From assembly GCA_002269645.1 (NCBI GenBank), contig NIVC01002002.1, forward strand, positions 62,001 through 126,000: a stretch of DNA of 64,000 bases, written 5' to 3'. Positions within the stretch are counted from its first letter, which is position 1. The number at the start of each line of letters is the position of its first letter. Positions 26,306 to 36,759 of the stretch are shown here, one piece after another. The notes below the pieces were generated by a model. The model made no database searches and was not told where the DNA came from. It was given only the letters and a program-made list of their open reading frames with translations. This DNA comes from Macrostomum lignano (taxonomy: Eukaryota). Position numbers and translations under genes: made by a program.

Positions 26306-27190
26306 TGAAGGATTAGAATGGATTGCTAATCTAGCCAACACGAGTGATGAAGGATTAGAATGGCTTGCTAATCTAGCCAACACGAGTGATCAAGGATTAG
26401 AATAGATTGCTAATCTAGCCAACATGAGTAATAAAGGATTAGAATGGTTCGCTAATCTAGCCAACATGAGTAATAAAGGATTAGAAAGGATTGCTAATCT
26501 AGCCAACATGAGTGATAAAGGATTCGAATGGATTGCTAATCTAGTGAGCATGAGTGATGAAGGATTAGAATGGATTGCTAATCTAGCCAACACGAGTGAT
26601 ACAGGATTAGAATGATTGCTAATCTAGCCAACATGGGTGATGAAGGATTAGAATGGATTGCTAATCTAGCCAACACATGTGGATAAGGATTAGAACGGTT
26701 CGCTAATCTAGACAACACGAGTGATGAAGGATTAGAATGGATTGCTAATCTAGTGAACACGAGTGATGAAGGATTAGAATGGATTGCTAATCTAGTGAAC
26801 ATGAGTGATGAAGGATTAGAATGGATTGCTAATCTAACCAACACATGTGGATAAGGATTAGAACGGTTCGCTAATCTAGCCAACACGAGTGATCAAGGAT
26901 TAAAATGGATTGCTAATCTAGTGAGCATGAGTGATGAAGGATTAGAATGGATTGCTAATCTAGTGAGCACGAGCACGAGTGATCAAGGATTAGAATGGAT
27001 TGCTAATCTAGCCAACATGAGTAATAAAGGATTAGAATGGCTTGCTAATCTAGCCAACACGAGTGATGAAGGATTAGAATGGATTGCTAATCTAGTCACC
27101 ATTGATGTAGCAGTGGAAAGGATCGCTAATCTAATAAAATATCATGAAAATACTAGACTGAATTCATAATCTAGTACATGGGTTGCTAAT
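26306..27190. repeat. 42-bp minisatellite, GATTGCTAATC-core family
   Basis: Unit ATGAGTGATGAAGGATTAGAATGGATTGCTAATCTAGCCAAC. Confidence 0.93.
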
Positions 27191-27416
27191 CTATCCCACG
27201 GTCAAGGAGTCAGAAGCGAAGGCGAGGGCGTATCCACTCACCCTGTCACGCCATCCAGTCCTCAGCCCGGCGGTCCCGGCCAATAGCAGAGCTTTCAGCG
27301 CTTCTGCTCATAAGATAGGCACCCCCTGCCCTCCCAGTCTCCTCAATTCTACAGCGGCTGCCCTGGCTACCTTGCAGCCGAGGCGCTTCACTTTACCATA
27401 CAGAATAATTGAAATC

Positions 27417-28556
27417 ATGTGCCGGCGTTGTGCTCGAGACGGCGGCGACAGCGAAGGCGGCGGCGGCGGTGGTGGCGGCGGCTCGCCCTTCGCCAAGCGG
27501 GTGCAGGCCACCGCGCTGGCCCAGATCGGCACAGGCGCGGCCGCGTTTGTCGCCTCGATCGCATGCCACTTCGACCAGTGCTTCGCCGGCTTCCTGGCCG
27601 TTGGCACCTGGACCGGCGCCTTCTACGCCGCCAACGGCCTGCTGGCGCTCGGCACCTCACGCGGCAGCGGCGGCGCGCGCGCCTCAATCAGCAGCATGGT
27701 GCTGAGCCTGCTAGCTGCCATGCTGGGCCTCATGGCCATCGGCATGAGCATTGTCGGCGTTCTGGTCGAGTCCGACCTGCGCCGCTACGTGGCGGGCAGC
27801 GCCGACTTCCAGCAGGACTGGTACCTGGTCAGCCGGTGCCGCGGCATCGACCGTAGAATTTTCCTCCACGTCGTGGCCGTGACGGCGCACTCGGCGCAGA
27901 TCCTGGCGAGCTCCTTTCAGTCCGTCTTCGCCTTCAAGCGCTACGTTTACTTTGAAGCCACGGGCGGAGGCGGCGGCGGTGGCGGCAGCTGCTGCAGCTC
28001 GGGTCTCGGGCGCTCAACAGTCATCGGCCGCCGCGGCGTCAGCGCGAGGGCCGAGCACTTCGAAGACGACGATGAAGAGGATCGCGACGCCGACAACGAC
28101 AACGATCTCAACGCCGGCAGTTTGATCAAGAGCGGCGGCTTTGTCGGCGCGGACGGGTTGAAGCTGCCGCCGGAGTGCATCCCGCTGACGGCCATGAGCT
28201 CCATGGCTGGCATGGACTCCATTGGCCAGGGATCGCCAGCCAGGCAGCCGCTGCTGGCGCATCAGCAGCATCAGCACGGCGGCCTGCTGTACCAGCGGCA
28301 GGCATCCTCGCCGTCTGCCTACAGAAGCGGCTCAGCCAGCAAAAGCGCCGCCGGTTCGCCTCTGATAGGCCGGCTCGGCCAGACGCCACAGCATCTCCAA
28401 CAGCTTCATCATCATCATCAGCAGCAGCAGCAGCCGCAGCAAGTGTACGATCGCAGCGTCAGCGTCTCCAGCTACAGCAGCAGCGCCGCCAACTGGAGCC
28501 CCTCGGTGTCGGCCGGTCGGACGCCGCAGGCGAAATTCCCCCAGCTGACAGCCTGA
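27417..28556 (+). CDS. CD20/MS4A-like four-transmembrane protein with long low-complexity C-terminal tail (379 aa)
   Basis: Four hydrophobic segments, including GTWTGAFYAANGLLALG (resembles the MS4A/CD20-like TM2 motif). GC-rich codon usage, uninterrupted ORF. ATG at 27417 follows a plausible acceptor (CTTGCAG at ~27377). Family assignment is by recall, not search. Confidence 0.75.
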   Translation: MCRRCARDGGDSEGGGGGGGGGSPFAKRVQATALAQIGTGAAAFVASIACHFDQCFAGFLAVGTWTGAFYAANGLLALGTSRGSGGARASISSMVLSLLAAMLGLMAIGMSIVGVLVESDLRRYVAGSADFQQDWYLVSRCRGIDRRIFLHVVAVTAHSAQILASSFQSVFAFKRYVYFEATGGGGGGGGSCCSSGLGRSTVIGRRGVSARAEHFEDDDEEDRDADNDNDLNAGSLIKSGGFVGADGLKLPPECIPLTAMSSMAGMDSIGQGSPARQPLLAHQQHQHGGLLYQRQASSPSAYRSGSASKSAAGSPLIGRLGQTPQHLQQLHHHHQQQQQPQQVYDRSVSVSSYSSSAANWSPSVSAGRTPQAKFPQLTA

Positions 28557-29239
28557 ACTCCCTGTTCAGTCAAGCCGTCCCCTTCCCTCAGCTTCCCCAT
28601 CTCAGCGGCTGCTGAATCCCGGCTGTCCCCAACGGCCTCCGCCTCTCACCTCTTTCTCTCCCATTCTAGGTATTCTATCGCCTTGCTCGCGCGCACCTGA
28701 GCTGCCTTGAAGACAGGCAGAAGATTGAGAGGAGAGAGAGAGAGAGGGAGCGAGTGAGTGAGTTTGGCAGGGAGGATGTTTGCAATTTTTTGAATAGGAA
28801 AATTCCGCTTGGAAATGTCTCCAGTTACTAAAATCTAACATGGGCAGAGCAGGGAGTATGGGGAGAGGCCCTGTACAGGGCGGCACTGGTCTCTGAGCGG
28901 CGCAGGTTTTCAGTTTCTCATACTCAAATACCAGTAGCGATGCCTTCTTGCCCTGCTCAGCCGTGCTTGAGTTCAGCTCTCGTCGCCGGTCTTGGCTTTG
29001 GTGATCTCGCTTTTTTGTGCCGGCATGTAGCACTCTTGAGAAGTGACAGATGGGGAAGGGCGGGAATCGGTGGCTGAGCACCACTGCACCAGCTGAATAG
29101 CGATTGAGTTGAAGCTGGGAAGCTGAAAAAGATCCGCTCCGGTGGGGATGAATTCTGAGTCTGGCCGATCCGGTTTTATAAATATTGAGATATTTTTGGG
29201 TGATTAAGACTACTCAGACTACTGGGCAGACTTTGAGAA

Positions 29240-30120
29240 AGGCGAGAGAGGGAGAGAGGGGAGAGGGGAGAGGGAGAGTAGAAGAAGGGTGAGAGGCATA
29301 CAAGGTGAGAGGGATACAGGGTGAGAGGCATACAAGGTGAGAGGGATACAGGGTGAGAGGGATACAGGGTGAGAGGGAGAGAAAGTGAGAGGGAGAGAGG
29401 GTGAGAGGGTGAGAGAGAGAGAGGGTGAGAGAGTGAGGGAGAGAGGGAGAGAGGGTGAGAGGGAGAGAGGGTGAGAGAGTGAGGGAGAGAGAGAGAGAGG
29501 GTGAGAGGGAGAGAGGGTGAGAGGGAGAGAGGGTGAGAGGGAGAGAGGGTGAGAGAGTGAGGGAGAGAGAGAGAGAGGGTGAGAGGGAGAGAGGGTGAGA
29601 GGGAGAGAGGGTGAGAGGGAGAGAGGGTGAGAGAGTGAGGGTGAGAGGGAGAGAGGGTGAGAGAGTGAGGGTGAGAGGGAGAGAGAGTGAGGGTGAGAGG
29701 GAGAGATGGTGAGAGGGAGAGAGGGTGAGAGGGAGAGAGGGTGAGAGAGTGAGGGTGAGAGGGAGAGATGGTGAGAGGGAGAGAGGGTGAGAGGGAGAGA
29801 GGGTGAGAGAGTGAGGGTGAGAGGGAGAGAGAGTGAGGGAGAGAGGGAGAGATGGTGAGAGGGAGAGAGGGTGAGAGGGAGAGAGGGTGAGAGAGTGAGG
29901 GTGAGAGGGAGAGATGGTGAGAGGGAGAGAGGGTGAGAGGGAGAGAGGGTGAGAGAGTGAGGGTGAGAGGGAGAGAGAGTGAGGGAGAGAGGGAGAGATG
30001 GTGAGAGGGAGAGAGGGTGAGAGGGAGAGAGGGTGAGAGAGTGAGGGTGAGAGGGAGAGAGAGTGAGGGAGAGAGGGAGAGATGGTGAGAGGGTGAGAGA
30101 GTGAGGGTGAGAGGGAGAGC
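29240..30120. repeat. GA-rich low-complexity repeat
   Basis: GAGAGGGAGAGAGGGT-type units. Confidence 0.93.
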
Positions 30121-31094
30121 TGAAGAATGTAAGAGAGGGAGAGTGGGTGAGATTATGAGTCAATCCAAGAGGCAGACATCACGGAAGACCCACAGTGGAT
30201 TAGAGCGGATTAGAGGGGGATTAGAGTCGGCAGTAGAGCACGAGGCAGCGGTGATATGCCGAGGCAGACAGGTAAAAAGGGTTGCAAAGCAGTAACAGGA
30301 GTTGACGTGAAAGCAAGAAAGATAATTATTTTTCCCTGTGGCTTGCTTCAGATCAGAGATTTAAGCTCCTCCATGAAAGTCTTTCTGAGCTAAAATTTTC
30401 TGCTTGCAGAAAAATGTTCATCGTCTCTCATAAAGTTCGTTGTGCACCTCATCCCCGCGATCCTCGCACACCAACGAGGTTATGCTTTACTCTAGCTCGC
30501 TTCATCGCTCCCGGCCAGCCTCCTCTGGCCCGACCATTTGTTAAATCCTGACAGAAGCTCCCTTCCGACTCAATTTCCTTCACTTCCCACTCCAAGCCTC
30601 TTCTTCAAGAGCGGCGGCAATCATGCGAAGGGAAAGAAAAATGACTTTTTTTTCCAGGCTGGGATCTGGAGTGGCCAACAGACCGATAGGGGCCCGGCGG
30701 AGACACTTCGCTGCTCCAGAAATAAAAGAAGAAGACAGTATAGCACATTGCCTCTGTAACCTTCAGGTATTCGGAGTGCCTGAGCCATGAGTTCTAATAC
30801 TATAGGTAGGACCCTTCACACAGGCTGCTCGCATCATTCATTCATTGATTTCTCATAATGCCTGCTTGGAGAGGCCCTAACTGGCGATCTTCTCTGAACT
30901 CACTGCTCTACTGCAGATTTCTTGAAAAATTGTTGAAATAGCAGCGTTTTCAAACACTACTTGAGAATAGAAAGGATTATTTAAATAAGTTTGCATGCAG
31001 ACTGCTGGCCTCTGCCACTCCGGCGCCCATCCTGCACCTATCCTTTTGCTCATCTCCTTCCCACGCTCCTACTCGCTTTCCTGCATGTGTAATC

Positions 31095-31720
31095 CCCTCT
31101 CTCCTTCTCTCCTTCTCTCCTTCTCTCTCCTACTCCCCTCTCTCCTTCTCTCCTTCTCTCCCTCTCTCTCCCACTCCTCTCTCTCCCTCTCTCCCTCTCC
31201 CCCCTCTCTCTCCCTCTCTCTCCCACTCTCCCTCTCTCGCCCACTCTCCTCTCTCCCTCTCTCCCTCTCCCCCCTCTCTCTCTCCCTCTCTATCCCACTG
31301 TCCCTCTCTCTACCATTCTCCCTCTCTCTCCCACTCTCCTCTCTCCCTCTCTCTCCTACTCCCCTCTCTCCTTCTCTCCTTCTCTCCCTCTCTCTCCCAC
31401 TCCTCTCTCTCCCTCTCTATCCCACTGTCCCTCTCTCTACCATTCTCCCTCTCTCTCCCACTCTCCTCTCTCCCTCTCTCCCTCTCTCTCCTACTCCCCT
31501 CTCTCCTTCTCTCCTTCTCTCCCTCTCTCTCCCACTCCTCTCTCTCCCTCTCTCCCTCTCCCCCCTCTCTCTCCCTCTCTCTCCCACTCTCCCTCTCTCT
31601 CCCACTCTCCTCTCTCCGTCTATCTCCCTCTCTCCCTCTCTCTTCCACTCCTCTCTCTCTCCCTCTCCCCTATATCCCTCTCCCCTATATCCCTCTTCCC
31701 TATATTCCTCTCCCCCCTTT
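31095..31720. repeat. CT-rich low-complexity repeat
   Basis: Direct reading. Confidence 0.92.
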
Positions 31721-32221
31721 CCCTCCTCCGGTTCCATCTGTCCCCCTGTCTCTCTTTTCCTCCCCCCTCTCTACCTACCCCCGTTATTTACCTGCCAGTC
31801 ATGTCGCAACTCCCTTGATCACTCTATATTTACACTTGTGCTGGTCCATCTTCTATAGGGGTATTTTGTTTCACCCTCACAACCGAACGGGATCCCATTT
31901 TAATCCGTTCACAGTTACTTCCGCTATGGCTCTGTTAATTTTCTCGTCATTAGTAGTTTAGCCCACTCACTGTCCTACCTTTTCTCTCTCCCCAACTCAC
32001 TTCCTGTCTCTATCTAACTCGCGGATATTATTCAGTGTGTGGCTAATTGATGCTTTGATTTAGCTACTACTAACAGAGGTTAGTACTGAGTATTGAACTT
32101 TTCAATATGTATATTAAAAAATGATTTCTAATTCTTTTTTAGGCTGGCTAGTTGCAATGAAGCCGGTTTTGACTAAAGAAACTAAATGGCCCGTTTGCTA
32201 TGAAGGTCAATGGGCTCTGGC

Positions 32222-32745
32222 CTCTGCTCACCTGCCTCTCACCTCCCTGGTGGCGGCTCTGCCCTCTCTGCTCACCTGCCTCTCACCTCCCTGGTGGCGG
32301 CTCTGCTCACCTGCCTCTCATCTCCCTGGTGGCGACTCTGCCCTCTCTGCTCACCTGCCTCTCACCTCCCTGGTGGCGGCTCTGCCCTCTGCTCACCTGC
32401 CTCTCACCTCCCTGGTGGCGACTCTGCCCTCTGCTCACCTGCCTCTCACCTCCCTGGTGGCGACTCTGCCCTCTCTGCTCACCTGCCTCTCACCTCCCTG
32501 GTGGCGGCTCTGCCCTCTCTCTGCTCACCTGCCTCTCACCTCCCTGGTGGCGGCTCTGCCCTCTCTGCTCACCTGCCTCTCACCTCCCTGGTGGCGGCTC
32601 TGCCCTCTGCTCACCTGCCTCTCACCTCCCTGGTGGCGGCTCTGCCCACCTGCCTCTCACCTCCCTGGTGGCGGCTCTGCTCACCTGCCTCTCACCTCCC
32701 TGGTGGCGACTCTGCTCACCTGCCTCTCACCTCCCTGGTGGCGGG
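32222..32745. repeat. ~44-48-bp minisatellite
   Basis: Unit CTGCTCACCTGCCTCTCACCTCCCTGGTGGCGGCTCTGCCCT(CT)n. Confidence 0.92.
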
Positions 32746-33442
32746 TGGCTATTATTTGAATGACAGCTCAGCCCTCCGGGTTTGAAAGCGGATCTACAAT
32801 AGCGGGAGGGGGAGGGCTGTGGGCGGAGTTGCCTGTGCTCACCCAGCAGAGCCTGCGGAATCCCGCGCGCCCTGAGCTCACTCTGAGCAGCAGTAAGTGG
32901 AGAGGCTTTATAACCCTCGCGTGGACGGAATTCTGGCAGATTTTTTCAGCAGTTCACTCCCTCTCTGCGTCAAAGTCAGTCAAGCTGAACTTCTCTCCCC
33001 TTCTCTAACTCATTTTTTTCTCTCTGAAGCAAAATGAAGTGCTGGCGGAGTGGAAGGTGCATGGGGAAGCTGGATATAGGAGAGGTGAGAGCTTAGAGGT
33101 TGATTGACAATAAATTATTTATTCATGTGGCAAAGTGGGCGAGTTGGCAATCTAGAGAGCTGTGAGTGACTGTGTCGGAGTGAGAGTGAATAGCGCTAGT
33201 AGTTCACAGCACTGTATCCTCTGTTGGGCCGCCATTCTCTGTTGCCGCTGAACCTGACTACTCATTTTCGATTATTTTTTCTAAATATTTTTTCGCAAAT
33301 ATCTTCGTCAGATTTCGTTCCTCTTTGCGGTTTATTTCTTACCGTGTTACAGACTGTGTTACAGACGGTATTTAGTTTTGTTGATAAAATACATTGTGTA
33401 ATGGAGTTACAATTCGATTAAATGGATTCCGCTTTGCTTAAA

Positions 33443-34445
33443 ACAGCAGGGGACAGAGGCGAGACAGCAGGGGCAGAGACAGCAGGGGCAGAGACAGCAG
33501 GGGACAGAGGCGAGACAGCAGGGGACAGAGACAGCAGGGGCAGAGACAGCAGGGGACAGAGGCGAGACAGCAGGGGACAGAGACAGCAGGGGCAGAGACA
33601 GCAGGGGACAGAGACAGCAGGGGACAGAGACAGCAGGGGCAGAGACAGCAGGGGACAGAGACAGCAGGGGACAGAGGAGAGACAGCAGGGGACAGAGACA
33701 GCAGGGGACAGAGACAGCAGGGGACAGAAGAGAGACAGCAGGGGACAGAGGAGAGACAGCAGGGGCAGAGACAGCAGGGGCAGAGACAGCAGGGGACAGA
33801 GGAGAGACAGCAGGGGACAGAGGACAGACAGCAGGGGCAGAGACAGCAGGGGCAGAGACAGCAGGGGACAGAGGAGAGACAGCAGGGGACAGAGGAGAGA
33901 CAGCAGGGGACAGAGGAGAGACAGCAGGGGACAGAGGACAGACAGCAGGGGCAGAGACAGCAGGGGCAGAGACAGCAGGGGCAGAGACAGCAGGGGACAG
34001 AGGAGAGACAGCAGGGGACAGAGGACAGACAGCAGGGGCAGAGACAGCAGGGGCAGAGACAGCAGGGGCAGAGACAGCAGGGGCAGAGACAGCAGGGGAC
34101 AGAGGAGAGACATCAGGGGACAGAGACAGCAGGGGACAGAGGAGAGACAGCAGGGGACAGAGGGCAGACAGCAGGGACAGAGACAGCAGGGGACAGAGAC
34201 AGCAGGGGACAGAGACAGCAGGGGACAGAGACAGCAGGGGACAGAGACAGCAGAAGACACAGACAGCAGGGGACAGAGGACAGACAGCAGGGGACAGAGG
34301 ACAGACAGCAGGGGACAGAGGACAGACAGCAGGGGACAGAGGACAGACAGCAGGGGACAGAGGACAGACAGCAGGGGACAGAGGACAGACAGCAGGGGAC
34401 AGAGGACAGACAGCAGGGGACAGAGGACAGACAGCAGTGGGCAGA
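33443..34445. repeat. 15-22-bp purine-rich minisatellite
   Basis: GACAGCAGGGG(A)CAGA variants. Confidence 0.93.
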
Positions 34446-34954
34446 GCAGAGACAATCCTAGCTGTCAATGCACACAGCTGCAGGATCTGTTGCAGCAGGC
34501 ATTTTGCGTCAACCCAGCAGATTTTCAACTCTTTGATATGACGGGGAAGGGACAGGCGGACAGTCGGACAGCTGTCCGGAATTTCAGCCGATGCAATCAA
34601 CAACTGAAAGCTGGCGAATTATGGGATTAAGTATCTGGTATCGAGGCACACTGGGAGCGGGAAGGAAAATTCAGCTCATCGTCTTAGGAGCGGTTTTCGA
34701 TTCGTCAAAAGCTGACACCTTAAATGGGATAAAAATTTGCATACCGATGCGATGCGGCAGCCAGAAAATTCCGGCCGCAAGGCTAAGTAAGTAATGCCGT
34801 TTGGTCTCGGTTGAATTTAGATGAATAGATTTCCTTGGGCAGCTTGGTTAGCGGCAGGGGGCAGGCTCTGTTCAGCAAGCATTTCGACGCTCACACAGGG
34901 TGAAGGACAGAGCTGGATTTCTGAATCTACCCGAAATTTAAATTAGGAAAGACT

Positions 34955-35455
34955 CGGGGAGAGATTAGGAAAGGGAACGGTCTAAGAATTGATTATAACT
35001 AACGATATGTATCGTAAAAACATCACAAGAGAGAGAGAATCGGGTAGAGATTAGGAGAGCCAAATAGTCCTAAACTCTATTGTATCTACCGATATGTATC
35101 GTAATCAACATCACTGAAGTGAGAATCGGGTAGAGATTAAGAGAGCCAAATAGTCCAAAACTCGATTATAACTACCGATATGTATCTTATTAAACATCAC
35201 TAAACAGAGAGAATCGGGTAGAGATTAGGAGAGCCAAATAGTCATAAACTCTATTGTATCTACCGATATGTATCGTAATCAACATCACTGAAGTGAGAAT
35301 CGGGTAGAGATTAAGAGAGCCAAATAGTCCAAAACTCGATTATAACTACCGATATGTATCTTATTAAACATCACTAAACAGAGAGAATAGGGTAGAGATT
35401 TGGAGAGCCAAATAGTTTAAAACTTGATTGTAACTACCGATATGTATTGTATCGT
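34955..35455. repeat. 86/88-bp tandem repeat with 174-bp dimeric higher-order unit
   Basis: GAGAAT(C/A)GGGTAG at 35035, 35121, 35209, 35295, 35383. Confidence 0.88.
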
Positions 35456-36259
35456 AATGAGCATGGTCGGTACGATAGATTTACAAGAATATACATAGGA
35501 ACAGCCTCATTTTAGGGGAGACAGCTGATCAAAGCAGCTGAGATGGAGGGGCAGAGAGAGAGAGAGCACCTTTGATGATGCCAGAGGCCTCGCCGTCATT
35601 ATCGGCCGGTCCAGTCGCCATGCAGAGCAGAGCTCAGGGAGGGGACAGCAGAGGATCGATGCCTGTCGAATCGATACGCTGAGGATAATTATCCCGAATC
35701 CGCTGTTCCGCGTGTCTCTACACCCACTTCCCTCGATGTGCTCGCGGGGCCGGCCCTTCTTTTCTGAATCCCATATTGAGGCCGGCCGTTATCCCCCCCC
35801 CAAGTTGCAGCTGCGTGGCCCGCCATATCCCGCCCGCTCTCTCCATCTTTCTTTGATTAGAGCTGATTGATTTCGATCACGGATGGAGGCTGTGATAGGG
35901 CCTGAGCCCAGCATCCTGCATTGCATTCGTCAGCACAGTCTCCACTCAGACGCCATCAATAACCGAATTAATTATTGATCAGCTCAGCACAGGCGGAGAA
36001 AAAATTTCCCGCTTTTAGTCTGAACGCAGCGAATCGCAAAGGTGTTTAAAAGAGTGCTATGAAAATAAATAGAAACAACAATGAATGCAGATTTGCCTTA
36101 GCAATTGCAATTTTTCATACTATAAACACATGAGCACAAGATGCTACTTAGAGTAGAGCCTCTACTCGCAGCCGAAATGATTAGAAATTTTCATGTTAAT
36201 ACAATAATGCGCTTAGAAAATGCTTTCGACCCTCTACTAAAAGTAGAGCGGTTGGATTG

Positions 36260-36718
36260 TCAAGTCCGCTTCGCCGTGATAACGGAACTCGACGGCTGCC
36301 GCTGACCTCGCATGGACGTCGCCTCCTTCGCTGCCATCGCCACCGCGGCCCTGGCCAGCTCGTGCTGCTCCTCATCGTCCTCGAAGTCGGCCCGGGTGAA
36401 ATAGGCCTCATGGTAGCCCGCCGGGCTATCGCGCTCTGTCAGGGAGCCCGGGTCCTCGCCAACCGAATACAGCCGAACGTCCTCGCTGCGGGCCGTCACC
36501 CCGCCGAGCTGCAGCCGCTTGACGCCGACCAGCACGTTTCTGTTGTAGCAGCTGAAGGAGGCCTCCTTGCCCTTGGAGCTGCGCCAGGCCGTGCTGAGCT
36601 CGCCGGGCTCCAGGACTTCTCGGAGGGACCGGACTACAAAAGCCGGCCTGCTCAGGCAGAGGCTGGCGAGGCGGTCGCCCGGTTGGCCGCGAGGGTCCAG
36701 CTTGCCTTCGAGAATGCG
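36260..36718 (-). CDS. Uncharacterised protein, terminal exon (152 aa + stop)
   Basis: Open frame RILEGKLDPRGQPGDRLASLCLSRPAFVVRSLREVL...SFSCYNRNVLVGVKRL...TAKRT*; GC-rich; phase-0 acceptor CATAG at 36719-36723. Confidence 0.72.
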   Translation of the reverse strand, partial: RILEGKLDPRGQPGDRLASLCLSRPAFVVRSLREVLEPGELSTAWRSSKGKEASFSCYNRNVLVGVKRLQLGGVTARSEDVRLYSVGEDPGSLTERDSPAGYHEAYFTRADFEDDEEQHELARAAVAMAAKEATSMRGQRQPSSSVITAKRT

Positions 36719-36759
36719 CTATGGTAGGAGCATGCGTAGCGCAGGGTGTGTCTGGCGTT

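Noticed and set aside
27308-28615. Multiple overlapping ORFs on both strands over the CD20-like gene
   Set aside because: Shadow ORFs expected in GC-rich coding sequence.
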